A stretch of 64,000 nt of DNA from Candidatus Magasanikiibacteriota bacterium (GTDB taxonomy: Bacteria > Patescibacteriota > Patescibacteriia > Magasanikbacterales > GWA2-37-8): positions 15,911 through 79,910 of the forward strand of contig JACPGS010000029.1 in the NCBI GenBank assembly GCA_016189025.1, in the 5' to 3' direction. A model generated the notes under the pieces. The model made no database searches, was not told the origin of the DNA, and worked only from the letters and a program-made list of their open reading frames with translations. Both the position numbers and the translations under genes were made by a program. Shown piece by piece: positions 35,863 through 45,745 of this stretch (positions are counted from its first letter, which is position 1; every line of letters starts with the position of its first letter).

Positions 35863-36963
35863 ATGCAAAATTCTAAATTTGCCAAACTTTCTCCCAGCCT
35901 GCGCCAGCTTATTGTATTGGAAGCAAAGCAGTCTAGAACAGGGGCCATTAGTCCGTATGTATCGGCGAGCAAAACTCCGGTATCGGCCTATGCCCAGGAA
36001 ACGCTCCAGCACTGCAATGCCGTGGCCACGCTCCAGGCTGCCTTATGGCTCAAAAACCATTTAGACCACGGCGGCAAGCTGGTGGTAACGCTCGCCGGCG
36101 CTTTGAGTTCATTTCAAATTGGCGTGATGCTGGCGGAACTTATCCGTAAAAATAAGGTGCATTTAATTTCCGCTACGGCTGCCAATCACGAAGAATCGTA
36201 TTATCGCTACGTGGCGCATTCCCATTACGCTTACATTCCACGCTATACCGAGCTTACCCCGGCGCAAGAGGCGGAACTGCGCGATGCGGGCTTGCGCCGG
36301 ATTACCGACACGTTTTTGCCGGAAGACCAGAGTGTGCGCATTATGGAACCGCACCTGCTCCGGATGTGGAAGCGGGCGCAAAAGAAGGGCGAACGGTATT
36401 TTCCGCACGAATACTTCGGGCGGTTGTTTGAGCAGAAATTAATTAAGCCTGACCTCCAGGCTAACCCCTACGACTGCTGGGCCTATGCTGCCTGGCAGAA
36501 GAAAGTGCCGATTGTCGTGCCCGGGTTTGAAGACTCCACTATGGGCAATATCTTTGCCAGTTATTGCTACGCCGGTAAATATCGGCAGGATAAAGGCCCG
36601 CGGCTTAATCCCCAGATTATGAAAACCGGGCTGGAGTATTTTGGTTTCCTCTACGACTGGTACCTGGATACTGCCAAAAAATCATCCATTGCTTTTTTGC
36701 AACTAGGCGGCGGCATTGCGGCGGATTTTCCTATCTGTGTAGTCCCTTCGTTGAAACATGACCTGCGCCTTAAAAACGTGCGCCCCTGGGCCGGGTTTAT
36801 AGAAATCGGCTCCAGCCCCATGTCCTACGGCTCTTACTCCGGCGCCGGCGGCAAAGAAAAAATCACCTGGGATAAACTAGACCCTGCGAGCTATTACCAA
36901 ATTATTCAGAGCGACGTAACCGTAGTGTTCCCCTGGATCGCGGCGGTGTTATTGGGGTTATAA
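35863..36963 (+). CDS. Deoxyhypusine synthase-like protein (probable homospermidine synthase)
   Basis: TLAGALS, ISATAANHEE, EDSTMG, GGGIAADF and GSYSGA...EKITWDK. Confidence 0.88.
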   Translation: MQNSKFAKLSPSLRQLIVLEAKQSRTGAISPYVSASKTPVSAYAQETLQHCNAVATLQAALWLKNHLDHGGKLVVTLAGALSSFQIGVMLAELIRKNKVHLISATAANHEESYYRYVAHSHYAYIPRYTELTPAQEAELRDAGLRRITDTFLPEDQSVRIMEPHLLRMWKRAQKKGERYFPHEYFGRLFEQKLIKPDLQANPYDCWAYAAWQKKVPIVVPGFEDSTMGNIFASYCYAGKYRQDKGPRLNPQIMKTGLEYFGFLYDWYLDTAKKSSIAFLQLGGGIAADFPICVVPSLKHDLRLKNVRPWAGFIEIGSSPMSYGSYSGAGGKEKITWDKLDPASYYQIIQSDVTVVFPWIAAVLLGL

Positions 36964-36968
36964 TTATT

Positions 36969-37376
36969 ATGCTTTTAGTAAAAACTAAAATTGGGCCGAG
37001 TAAAATTCATGGTATCGGATTGTTTGCGGATGAATTTATTCCTAAAGGCAAACTGATGTGGCGGGTGGAGCATGATTTTGATCTTGAGTTTGAGGCCAGT
37101 CAGCTGGTCAATTTATCCGCTCCGTCCCGAGCGCAGTTTTTGAAATATTCTTACCGACATCCGAAGACGGGGAAGTACGTTCTGCCTTTTGACGATGCTC
37201 GTTTTTTTAATCACGCTGATCATCCGAACATTAACAGCGTCTATCCCAACGGTAATAACGGCGAATGTGATGTAGGTATTGCGGCGCAAGATATTATGGC
37301 TGGCGAAGAATTGACGTGCAATTATCGGGAGTTTGATGCCGATAGCGTTGTAAAATTAGAGTTTGAAGCCGGTTAA
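36969..37376 (+). CDS. SET domain protein
   Basis: SKIHGIGLFA, ARFFNH and GEELTCNY. Confidence 0.9.
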   Translation: MLLVKTKIGPSKIHGIGLFADEFIPKGKLMWRVEHDFDLEFEASQLVNLSAPSRAQFLKYSYRHPKTGKYVLPFDDARFFNHADHPNINSVYPNGNNGECDVGIAAQDIMAGEELTCNYREFDADSVVKLEFEAG

Positions 37377-37378
37377 TT

Positions 37379-38455
37379 ATGAGCGGTGTTGTTAAAAATT
37401 CTAAATTGCAAAAAATCTCCTCTTACGATCCCGGCGGTATTTACACCAATGGTCAATTATTCGGCTTACCGTTTACCAACCAGGAATCCGAAGTAGTGAT
37501 TGTGCCGATGCCGTGGGAAGTTACCACGTCGTACCGCGACGGCACGGCGCAGGGGCCGCGGACAGTGCTCAAAGCATCGTATCAGGTAGACTTGTACGAC
37601 CTGGATGCTCCCGAAGCTTGGGAATTAGGTATCGGGATTCAGCCGATTTCCTCTGCTTGGAGCCGGCAGAATACTGTATTGCGGCGCCAAGCAAAAAAAT
37701 ATCTGGATTATCTGTATAATGGCGGCGACACCAGAGTAAAGTGGGTGCGCCAGACGCTGGCGGAAATTAACCAAGCCGGGGCCGAGCTAAATGGCTGGAT
37801 GAAAAAGGAAACTGCCAAATTGCTAAAACAAAATAAATTAGTGGGGGTATTAGGCGGGGAGCATAGCGTATCGCTTGGATTTATGCAGGCGCTGGCGGAG
37901 CAATATCCCCGGTATTCCATATTGCACCTTGATGCCCACGCTGACTATCGCGCGGCTTATGAAGGGTTTGAATTTTCTCACGCCTCTATCCAGTATAACG
38001 CGGGGAAGATTAAGCAGGTGGACCGGCAGGTGCTGGTCGGCATCCGCGATTATTCGCACGCCGAGGCGCAGCGCATCGCCGAATCGCACGGCCGAATTGC
38101 GGCGTTTCCGGATAGAGAAATAAAGCGCGGCGCCTACGCGGGAAAAACGTGGCAAGCGCAATGCGGCGAAATTATTAAGCCGCTCTCTAAAGAAGTTTAT
38201 ATCAGTTTTGATATTGATATCCTAGACCCCTCGCTGTGTCCGCATACCGGCACGCCGGTGCCGGGCGGCCTGGAGTTTGAACAGGTATTTTATCTGATTG
38301 AAGCCGTCATCAAGAGCGGGCGTAAAATTATCGGTTTCGATCTGTGCGAGGTGGCGCCAGGCGTTGGCAATAACGGCGAATGGGATGCCATCGTCGGGGC
38401 GCGGGTGCTGTATCGCCTGGCTATTTTAATGGCTAAATCACAGCGGCGAATATAG
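37379..38455 (+). CDS. speB: Agmatinase
   Basis: GGEHS, HLDAHAD, SHA, SFDIDILDP, TGTPVPGG and DLCEVAP. Confidence 0.9.
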   Translation: MSGVVKNSKLQKISSYDPGGIYTNGQLFGLPFTNQESEVVIVPMPWEVTTSYRDGTAQGPRTVLKASYQVDLYDLDAPEAWELGIGIQPISSAWSRQNTVLRRQAKKYLDYLYNGGDTRVKWVRQTLAEINQAGAELNGWMKKETAKLLKQNKLVGVLGGEHSVSLGFMQALAEQYPRYSILHLDAHADYRAAYEGFEFSHASIQYNAGKIKQVDRQVLVGIRDYSHAEAQRIAESHGRIAAFPDREIKRGAYAGKTWQAQCGEIIKPLSKEVYISFDIDILDPSLCPHTGTPVPGGLEFEQVFYLIEAVIKSGRKIIGFDLCEVAPGVGNNGEWDAIVGARVLYRLAILMAKSQRRI

Positions 38456-38480
38456 TTTGAATACGCAAGTAGTCTAATTT

Positions 38481-38565
38481 AGTCGCTCGGTCGTGGTAGA
38501 CACCCTCCGTGCTCCCCCCGCCTACGCGGGGGTGCGCGCGCAGGGAACCCGTCTACCACTCCCTC
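38481..38565 (+). repeat. Core-only relative of the MITE-like repeat
   Basis: GGTCGTGGTAGACAC...GTGCTCCCCC...GGGGGTGCGCGC...GTCTACCAC; same architecture without the terminal IRs. Confidence 0.55.
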
Positions 38566-38593
38566 ACTCGTTGCAATATTTACAGTAATTTTT

Positions 38594-39112
38594 ATGGTCA
38601 AAGTTTTACTGATCATCGCCCACGACGGCTTCCAGCCCGTGGAGTATGGCGAACCAAAACGTATTCTCACGGAGGCAGGGATTACGGTGGTAACGGCCAG
38701 CAATATGTCGGGAATGGCGACTGCTGCCCATACCGGCGAGCAGGTAGCGATTGATTGTACGCTTGATCATGTCCAGGCGGGCGATTACGACGGCATATTT
38801 TTTGTCGGCGGCCCGGGCGCTCTAGAACATTTGGATAATGAACAATCCTACGAAATCGCGCGCGCGGCCGCGGCCCTGGGCAAGCCCTGGGGAGCAATTT
38901 GCATCTCCACGCGGATTTTGGCGCACGCGGGCGTGCTCAAAAACAAAACCGCCACCGGGTGGGATGGCGACAATGAACTGGGCGGAATTTTAGCGGCCGC
39001 TGGCGCCACGTATTTACGCGAGCCAGTCGCGGTAGACGGCCTGCTGATTACCGCCGCCGGCCCGACCGCGGCCCTGGCCTGGAGCCAAAAAATTCTGGCG
39101 GCGTTGCGCTAG
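38594..39112 (+). CDS. DJ-1/PfpI family protein
   Basis: FQPVEY, YDGIFFVGGPGA, GAIC and LITAAGP. Confidence 0.9.
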   Translation: MVKVLLIIAHDGFQPVEYGEPKRILTEAGITVVTASNMSGMATAAHTGEQVAIDCTLDHVQAGDYDGIFFVGGPGALEHLDNEQSYEIARAAAALGKPWGAICISTRILAHAGVLKNKTATGWDGDNELGGILAAAGATYLREPVAVDGLLITAAGPTAALAWSQKILAALR

Positions 39113-40098
39113 GGAATTAGTACCGGTTTAATGGTCGGGAATTGCCCGATCATTTTTTTAATTCCGGCTTCATCCAGCAGTCCCTGGTGCGGGCCGTGGG
39201 CTTGGATGACGGCGCAGGAGTTGGCCACTCCCCACTGTAGGGCATGACCGATGTCGTGGCGATTCCAGCGCGCGGTAAGGTAAGCGCTGGTGAAAGCATC
39301 GCCGGCGCCGGTTTTGGCGACCACCGCCACCGGAAAGCTCTCCAGGCGCCAAATTTCATCTATGCTCCCGGCCCAGGCGCCGCGGGGGCCGTCAGTGAGC
39401 GCCACTTCTTTGGCTCCGGCCGCGGCGAGGGCGCGCACCAGTCCGGGCGTGTCTTTTTTCGCGGCGGCAGAATCTCCTGTCAGCGCCTCGGCTTCTTCTT
39501 TATTAACTATCAGGAGGTCAGCGCGAAACGCCACTTCTTGCAGTGGGGGTCGGGCGTATTTCATCAGATACGATCCCGGATTAACAGCCAGGCGCACCGT
39601 GGGGTGTTTTGTTAGATACTGCAGTAGCGCTTGGTGCACGGTCTCAAACCCAGCCGAAAGACCGGTATAATAGATCCAGTCGGTTTCCGGAAAGGGTTTA
39701 GGCCATTGATACTGCTTGCGGTCGGAAAAAGACAGGATCGTGCGCTCGGCTTTATAATTAAGCACAATAGAATAACGAGTTTTGGCTGCGGCGTCGTAGG
39801 TTACATAATCAGTGCTGACGCCAAATTTTTGTAATGCTTCGGCAGCCATCTTGCCGTTGATATCCTCGCCCAGCGTGGCTACCACCGCAGTGCGCAGCCC
39901 TAGTTTAACCGCCCCCACCGCGACATTCGGCGCATTGCCGCCCAGCGCCTGAAAGCCGTCCAAAATGGGTATTTTGCCGCCGTACTCAAAGCAGAGGTGC
40001 GTGGTGTGCGCGGTAAGCGGCCGGCATTCAGCGCAGTCGTCGGCCAGTTGCACGTGAGTATCAATTACCGGGTCGCCGATGCAGATAAGGTGATACAT
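39109..40098 (-). CDS. PfkB family carbohydrate kinase
   Basis: GGNAPNVAVG, VNKEEA and TGAGDAF. Confidence 0.92.
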   Translation of the reverse strand: MYHLICIGDPVIDTHVQLADDCAECRPLTAHTTHLCFEYGGKIPILDGFQALGGNAPNVAVGAVKLGLRTAVVATLGEDINGKMAAEALQKFGVSTDYVTYDAAAKTRYSIVLNYKAERTILSFSDRKQYQWPKPFPETDWIYYTGLSAGFETVHQALLQYLTKHPTVRLAVNPGSYLMKYARPPLQEVAFRADLLIVNKEEAEALTGDSAAAKKDTPGLVRALAAAGAKEVALTDGPRGAWAGSIDEIWRLESFPVAVVAKTGAGDAFTSAYLTARWNRHDIGHALQWGVANSCAVIQAHGPHQGLLDEAGIKKMIGQFPTIKPVLIP

Positions 40099-40099
40099 A

Positions 40100-40393
40100 T
40101 TAGCGCTGATTGTTTTCGGTAGTATGTTGATGTTTCCCCCGCATAATTTGAATTAATTCTCGCCCTGCCACCGCTAACAACAGCCCAAAAGCAAAAATAA
40201 AAATGACGTTATTGATCCAAAGGGCGTAGACTAATAAACAGGCCGACCCAATGACAAACACCGCGTCCTGGCGCCGCTCCGCCTCCAGATAAACACCATA
40301 GGCAAGCAGTATACCACCGAGCAGCCCCACTATTTGTACCAACGTTTCCACTAGTGGCTGGGGAAGACCGGGCAGAAAGTTAGCTAAAGGCAT
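40100..40393 (-). CDS. Small three-TM membrane protein (paralog of 43888-44133)
   Basis: QIVGLLGGILLAYGVYLEAERRQDAVFVIGSACLLVYA. Confidence 0.7.
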   Translation of the reverse strand: MPLANFLPGLPQPLVETLVQIVGLLGGILLAYGVYLEAERRQDAVFVIGSACLLVYALWINNVIFIFAFGLLLAVAGRELIQIMRGKHQHTTENNQR

Positions 40394-40394
40394 A

Positions 40395-43300
40395 TTAAAT
40401 TTCTACTACCGGATGTTCTCCTTCTGGATTCCAATTGGCGTAGCCATTAAAATTGGTTACTGGTTCTTTTATCAAAGTGACCTTAGGCTGTTCCTTAAAA
40501 TGCTGCTCATAATATCGTGCCACCTCGGGACGATTAGTGCTTGATCGTGATGTCTGATCAAGCGGTACTACGGTATGGGGAATGTTGCGTTGTGCTGCTA
40601 TCTGGCGTAGCGCGGCAAGAGTTTGCGCTATTAGTGTATCAGGCACTACCTGACTAAGCAATCCCTCTTGCGGGTTATTAGCTCGCACCAAGAGCACCAG
40701 CTCACCTTGAGGCGTTTTAGTTTCAATGGCGAGGACCGAGCCCCGCAGGCGTTCCTGGGGAGTATGGCGACCCGTAACAAAGATCAAGGGAGTAATGGTG
40801 CGATATTCACCGCGGGCGAACGCTCGGTGGTGGCTAGTAAAACAAGCATCGCCAATGTCACCAGCATAGATTCGTAAGATACCGCGCACCGGCACCAAGG
40901 TAACCTCTACAGTTTTCCCGCCCGCCTTTACTAGCGGAGTTTCTGTCTGCTGCAAAGCAGACAATTGTTCGGCGGCGATCACCAAAGGGTGCTTTTGCAG
41001 TTTGGGTTTTATCCCCCACACTAACTGTAGTTCTTTCAATAAGGTACTGGAAAACGGTTGGTGTCCGGTACGATGCTCTTCCTGTTTATTATTTAGATAA
41101 TGCTCGTTAAGGTATTCCCCTAAATGGTTATACCAGAGCTCCACTTGGGTGGCAGAAGATACCTCGGTGTTCTCTTCCAGAGCACGTTCTATTACTGATT
41201 GTCGGCCGTCCGGCATTACCAGTAGTGAGTGGTAAGCGCTGATGATCTGCAATAGTCGATCACGATCAATTACCTTTTTCGGCAGCAGCATCAGGATAGC
41301 TTCCAACCAGCTGATTAGTTCCCGGTCGCGTGCCCCCCGGTCAGGGGAAAGAGTTGGAGCTTCCAGGCGTTCCAGTGTTGCCCGGGTTTCCACCAGCGTT
41401 TGACGTTGTCTGGTCAGTGCTTTGCGATTAACGGGTTTCTCGGTTTCCCAAGCAGTAGCTAGTTCATCCAACCTGGCAATTTGTTGATCAATCTCCAATA
41501 CCAGGCGCTGGTGTTCTTCCGCCCACCAGTGAGGGAGTTGGTCAATGTTCCGGGCAGTCCGGTAGGCAACGTCAAGTTTTTTTACCCACCCCCGTAGGTC
41601 GGGGTTAGTGAGAATTTCTTGTTCGCGTGCTGCCTGCGCCTGGGGAATTTGTTCTCGGCTGCTTGCCACTGATGGCAACTTAAAGGTTACTTCTTGGTAT
41701 CCCGCGGGGAGGGCAGCTTGGTCGGGATTAGCAGCGACGGTGGTTTGCCAAAGCTGAATATTTTTTCGGGGGTCATCATTTTTTTGTTCCCAACTAGTAG
41801 CTCCTTTAATTGCATGAAAAAACTCTAAACCGAGGTCGGTATTTAGTTCCGGTGGGACTTGATCAGCCAGTAAGGCAGTTTGCAGGCGGCGCCCGAATTT
41901 TTTAATCTCGTTGATAATAAATCCTTTATTGGGTAATTCTTCCAGCCGGATGCCGAGAGTACTGGTTAATTCTTGTCGTACTTCGGCGGGCAGGTCAGTG
42001 ATTTTTTCGGACCGAGAAATGGCCACATGCCAGCGGAGGAGGGTAGGCAAATTATACATGCCGTAGGTATGCACAAAATCTTTCAACAGTTCTGCATCTT
42101 CGGCACTGTCACGTCGCAGTACTCCCCGCGTCAGTGCCTGCTCTACCAGCGGGTCTAGGTCAGTTTTCCAAGGATCATATTTTTCCCGTGCCGCGCGGGG
42201 GTGGCTTTTTAACAATTTTCCATATATGGGCTGCCAGGAAAAATTTTCGGCCAAAGAGTTTAGAGTTTCGGGGGGCAGCAGCGCCTGGAGGATCGCCGGA
42301 TATTTCAGAAATTCCGTGGGACAAAAAAAGGAAGGGGGTAGCTCGACAAAGGCTTGGCGGAGATTGGCTTGGGTTTCGGCAGGGTAGGCCATCGTCAGTT
42401 CGGTTATTTTTTTTTGGTAAAAGCCGTCGTGCAACAATTCAAGGTTAAGGGTAGGGAGACGTTGAATAATAGTATGGATAATTTCTCGTCTTTCTTCCAG
42501 CGAGAGGGGGAAGGCGGAGTACTTTAGGCGTTCCCAAGGGTTTTCGCGGCATAAGCGCAGTTTTACGGCGGAGATTTCCTCTGGGGATAGTTGAAGTTTT
42601 GCCAGAACCCCTTCATCAAGAAGATGAAAAACATGCCGACCAACCAATATATCAATAATACTATCGCGCTCGGGACGGGTAAACTCAACAGGAATTATGG
42701 GTAGGGAACTGGTTTCATGGTCAGCCACTTCGGTCAACCACTTTAAGCGTTGTTCCGGGGTGAGGGGAATTATGGGGTAAAAACGAGTCAGGTAATTATA
42801 ATAAATAGGAATAGCAGCATCTATTATTTTTGCTTGTTCGGCCTCGGGTAAAGCAAGGAAGAGGGGTTCAAATTCATCAAAATCCCGGATAATCGTAGCG
42901 GGGTTGTATTTTTGGCGCGCCGCAAAAATAGCGGGTGCGGCTGCGGTGCGATGTTCGGGGGGAAAGTCACGGAGAGAGAAACGTTGCAGCATTGACGGTT
43001 TAGTTCCTTGCGTCTGCAGTTGGGAAAAAATTTCATAACGCACTGCCGGAGTCCATTCTTGGCTGTCCCGATAGTAACCAGTTGCCACCGAAGCTAAGAC
43101 GTCCGGAAGATTGCCAAGCCTTTCCTTTATACAAGGGAGGATTTCGGTGCTGGTCTGGCAGGATTTCCTGGCCAGTTCATATAATTCATTAGCAGCGCTG
43201 TCGACCCCAGGAGTTTCGTCCGGCAGTTGGCGATAGAAAGCAATTGTCGGTTCTAACCCTTCGGCCAATTTTTCCTGTAGTCGCTTATCTACCATCTTGG

Positions 43301-43871
43301 CAATTTTGTCCTCTACTCCATACCAGTTAACTCGTGGCAATTCCCGGGCGGAAAGATATAGTTGAATGGCGGCCAAGAGGTCAGAATCCAGCAGTTTTTG
43401 AATTTTTGCCAACGCTTCATCGCCCCGCTTCCAGGCCAGACTATTATGCATTCTTTCCACCTCTTCTTTAATTTTGTCTTCCCTTATCCCAGCCTCTCCC
43501 GCATAGCGGGTATAGAGGGGGAAAGCGATAGCATCGCCGGCATGTAGTGCTAGTCGCCGGGTCGCCATTTCCAGAAACTCCAGTCGTGCCTTGGGATGAT
43601 GCAACTGGCGGCTCGCTTCTAGGGCAAGGCGCGGGTCTGGGTTAATCCACTGGGTTTCAAATTCTTCCGCGACCGTTTTTACCCTATCTAGTTCTTCTCC
43701 CGGGGCATCAACTTCTTTGGGATCACGGTCCTGGTTTTCTCCTGATAAGTAAGTGTCAGTGAAGGTGTTGATGGTGGCGATAATTTCTTTGAGTCGAGGC
43801 GGCAACTCCATGGTTTCTGGCGGTGATAAAGTTTCTGGTGGCGGGCCGGTGGTTTCCGGATTTCTGATCAT
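40395..43871 (-). CDS. Large helical hypothetical protein
   Basis: 1158-aa uninterrupted ORF; C-terminal GDIGDAC and LLVRANNP block; no family recognised. Confidence 0.75.
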   Translation of the reverse strand: MIRNPETTGPPPETLSPPETMELPPRLKEIIATINTFTDTYLSGENQDRDPKEVDAPGEELDRVKTVAEEFETQWINPDPRLALEASRQLHHPKARLEFLEMATRRLALHAGDAIAFPLYTRYAGEAGIREDKIKEEVERMHNSLAWKRGDEALAKIQKLLDSDLLAAIQLYLSARELPRVNWYGVEDKIAKMVDKRLQEKLAEGLEPTIAFYRQLPDETPGVDSAANELYELARKSCQTSTEILPCIKERLGNLPDVLASVATGYYRDSQEWTPAVRYEIFSQLQTQGTKPSMLQRFSLRDFPPEHRTAAAPAIFAARQKYNPATIIRDFDEFEPLFLALPEAEQAKIIDAAIPIYYNYLTRFYPIIPLTPEQRLKWLTEVADHETSSLPIIPVEFTRPERDSIIDILVGRHVFHLLDEGVLAKLQLSPEEISAVKLRLCRENPWERLKYSAFPLSLEERREIIHTIIQRLPTLNLELLHDGFYQKKITELTMAYPAETQANLRQAFVELPPSFFCPTEFLKYPAILQALLPPETLNSLAENFSWQPIYGKLLKSHPRAAREKYDPWKTDLDPLVEQALTRGVLRRDSAEDAELLKDFVHTYGMYNLPTLLRWHVAISRSEKITDLPAEVRQELTSTLGIRLEELPNKGFIINEIKKFGRRLQTALLADQVPPELNTDLGLEFFHAIKGATSWEQKNDDPRKNIQLWQTTVAANPDQAALPAGYQEVTFKLPSVASSREQIPQAQAAREQEILTNPDLRGWVKKLDVAYRTARNIDQLPHWWAEEHQRLVLEIDQQIARLDELATAWETEKPVNRKALTRQRQTLVETRATLERLEAPTLSPDRGARDRELISWLEAILMLLPKKVIDRDRLLQIISAYHSLLVMPDGRQSVIERALEENTEVSSATQVELWYNHLGEYLNEHYLNNKQEEHRTGHQPFSSTLLKELQLVWGIKPKLQKHPLVIAAEQLSALQQTETPLVKAGGKTVEVTLVPVRGILRIYAGDIGDACFTSHHRAFARGEYRTITPLIFVTGRHTPQERLRGSVLAIETKTPQGELVLLVRANNPQEGLLSQVVPDTLIAQTLAALRQIAAQRNIPHTVVPLDQTSRSSTNRPEVARYYEQHFKEQPKVTLIKEPVTNFNGYANWNPEGEHPVVEI

Positions 43872-43887
43872 AATATTATAACGGAAT

Positions 43888-44133
43888 TCAATGGTTCCTA
43901 TTTACCGATCGTTGTTTAGATTTGATCCGGTAAATTTCATATCCACTGGCAGTGGTAAAAATTATCTGCAGGGGAATAAAAATCGGGTCGCGCAGATAAA
44001 TGCTGTAGGCAAGCAGGCACAATCCGCCGAGCACAAAAATCCAGTCCTGTTTAATCTCGTTTTTGATGTAAATGCCGTAGGTAATCAGCAGCACGCCGAT
44101 TACTCCTAGGATTTTGAACAAGAGGTTAACCAC
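43888..44133 (-). CDS. Small three-TM membrane protein (paralog of 40100-40393)
   Basis: KILGVIGVLLITYGIYIKNEIKQDWIFVLGGLCLLAYS. Confidence 0.7.
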   Translation of the reverse strand: MVNLLFKILGVIGVLLITYGIYIKNEIKQDWIFVLGGLCLLAYSIYLRDPIFIPLQIIFTTASGYEIYRIKSKQRSVNRNH

Positions 44134-44138
44134 AAATA

Positions 44139-44498
44139 TTAAACTTTAATCTCATCCTCGGCCCGCCAGGCCGGGTCAACCAGGCAAAGGAATTCTAAAT
44201 CTTCGTTGCCGGTGTTAGCAATCCATTGTACGGCGCGGGGCGGAATATAGACGGTGTCGTAAAGTTCTACGGCGGCGGTTTCCTCGCCAATGTGCATGGT
44301 GCCGCGTCCTTTGATGATAAAGTAAACTTCAGAAGCAGCCAGAGCATGCGGAGAAGTTTTATTGCCTGGGGCTACCTTGGCATGGGCTAGACTGTAGCGG
44401 CTGTTGACCGCGTCGTGATGAGGACTAAGGGTTTCCCGCAGTCGCGCGCCGTCGGCGGCAGTAATTTCCGCGCAGTCAGCGAATTTTTTGATGAGCAT
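44139..44498 (-). CDS. Cupin domain protein
   Basis: PH...EVYFIIKGRG...VYIPP...NTGNEDLEFLC. Confidence 0.88.
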   Translation of the reverse strand: MLIKKFADCAEITAADGARLRETLSPHHDAVNSRYSLAHAKVAPGNKTSPHALAASEVYFIIKGRGTMHIGEETAAVELYDTVYIPPRAVQWIANTGNEDLEFLCLVDPAWRAEDEIKV

Positions 44499-44546
44499 AA
44501 ACCTATTTAATCTTGTACAATTGGAGGAATTCTTGAGATTAACGAA

Positions 44547-44585
44547 AGGGATTCCTCGGTCGCCTAAGGCGACCTCGGAATGACA
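44547..44585 (-). repeat. REP-like GTCATTCCGAG...GAATCCC element
   Basis: Reverse complement TGTCATTCCGAGGTCGCCTTAGGCGACCGAGGAATCCCT. Confidence 0.6.
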
Positions 44586-44600
44586 ACGAGAGCGACCGCC

Positions 44601-45545
44601 TCATTTTAATTTGTTTAGATAATCAATCGCCGTGAGCGCGGCGGTTACTCCCTGGCCGGCGGCAATGGCGATTTGTTTGTAGGGAATATTGGTAACGTCG
44701 CCGGCGGCGAAAATTCCCGGGCAGCTGGTGCGGCCGAGCAGGTCCACTTCAATTTCGCCCTGGGCATTTTTTTTGACGCAGTCAATAAACTGCGAATTGG
44801 GAATCATGCCGACGTGCACCATCACCCCCTGCACGGCAATTTGCTGGACTTGGCCGGCCGCATCTTGATACTTCAGCCCCGTTACCACCTTGTCACCCAC
44901 AATTTCCGTGGTGTTGGCCTCGTAAATAATTTCCACATTTTTTGCCGCTTTTACTTTTTCAATCAAAATCGCCTCGCCCTTGGGGAAGCCGCCCTGGGTA
45001 GCCGGGGTATTGGGGTATTTAGTGAGTAAATATACTTTACTGGCGATTTCCATCATCATCAGCGCCGATTCCAGGGCGCTGTTGCCGGCGCCGATGGTGG
45101 CGGTAACCTTGCCGGTAAATAACGGCCCGTCGCAGACAGTGCAGGAGGTAACGCCGTGGTGCAGTAGCGGTTTTTCTCCCGGTACGCCTAACTCCCGAGG
45201 GTGAATGCCGGTGCCAACAATCACGGTTTTAGTCTGGTAAGTTTTGATTTCGCCGGCGGAATTTTTGGCGGTAACGACGTGATAGTTTTTTTCCGGTTTA
45301 ACTGAAATTACCTCGGCGCCTTCGTCAGCCGCGACGCCATAGGATTTCAAGTGTTCCGCGAATTTTTCCGCCAGGTCAAACCCTTGAATATCAATAATGC
45401 CCGGCCAGTTGTTGACCGCGCCGGAGAGCGCCACTTCGCCGCCCAGGTCTTTGGCAATTATCAGGAAGTTCAGTTTGCGCCGGGCGGCGTAAATACCCGC
45501 AGCCGAGCCGACCGCCGCGCCGCCGATGACAATTAAATCGTACAT
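44601..45545 (-). CDS. trxB: Thioredoxin reductase / AhpF C-terminal-like flavoprotein
   Basis: N-terminal FAD-binding motif, CTVCDG, GAGNSALE and FAAGDVT. Confidence 0.85.
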   Translation of the reverse strand: MYDLIVIGGAAVGSAAGIYAARRKLNFLIIAKDLGGEVALSGAVNNWPGIIDIQGFDLAEKFAEHLKSYGVAADEGAEVISVKPEKNYHVVTAKNSAGEIKTYQTKTVIVGTGIHPRELGVPGEKPLLHHGVTSCTVCDGPLFTGKVTATIGAGNSALESALMMMEIASKVYLLTKYPNTPATQGGFPKGEAILIEKVKAAKNVEIIYEANTTEIVGDKVVTGLKYQDAAGQVQQIAVQGVMVHVGMIPNSQFIDCVKKNAQGEIEVDLLGRTSCPGIFAAGDVTNIPYKQIAIAAGQGVTAALTAIDYLNKLK

Positions 45546-45554
45546 AATTAAGCT

Positions 45555-45745
45555 GAGATTGTAGAAGAATGTTGACGATAATCGTTATCTGCCTAGTCGC
45601 TATCGCTATTGCTAAAATTAGCCTGGTTAGTCGCGGCAGACACTCTTTGGGTGCTCCCCCGACTTTAGATCGGGGTGCGCGCCCAAAGATACTCGTCTGC
45701 CGCTCCCTAATGCTGACTGGTATTTTTAATTCTTCTACAGTCTCA
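45555..45745 (+). mobile_element. MITE-like structured repeat, copy 3
   Basis: GAGATTGTAGAAGAAT / ATTCTTCTACAGTCTC IRs and AGCT direct repeats; its end supplies the rpe stop codon. Confidence 0.75.
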
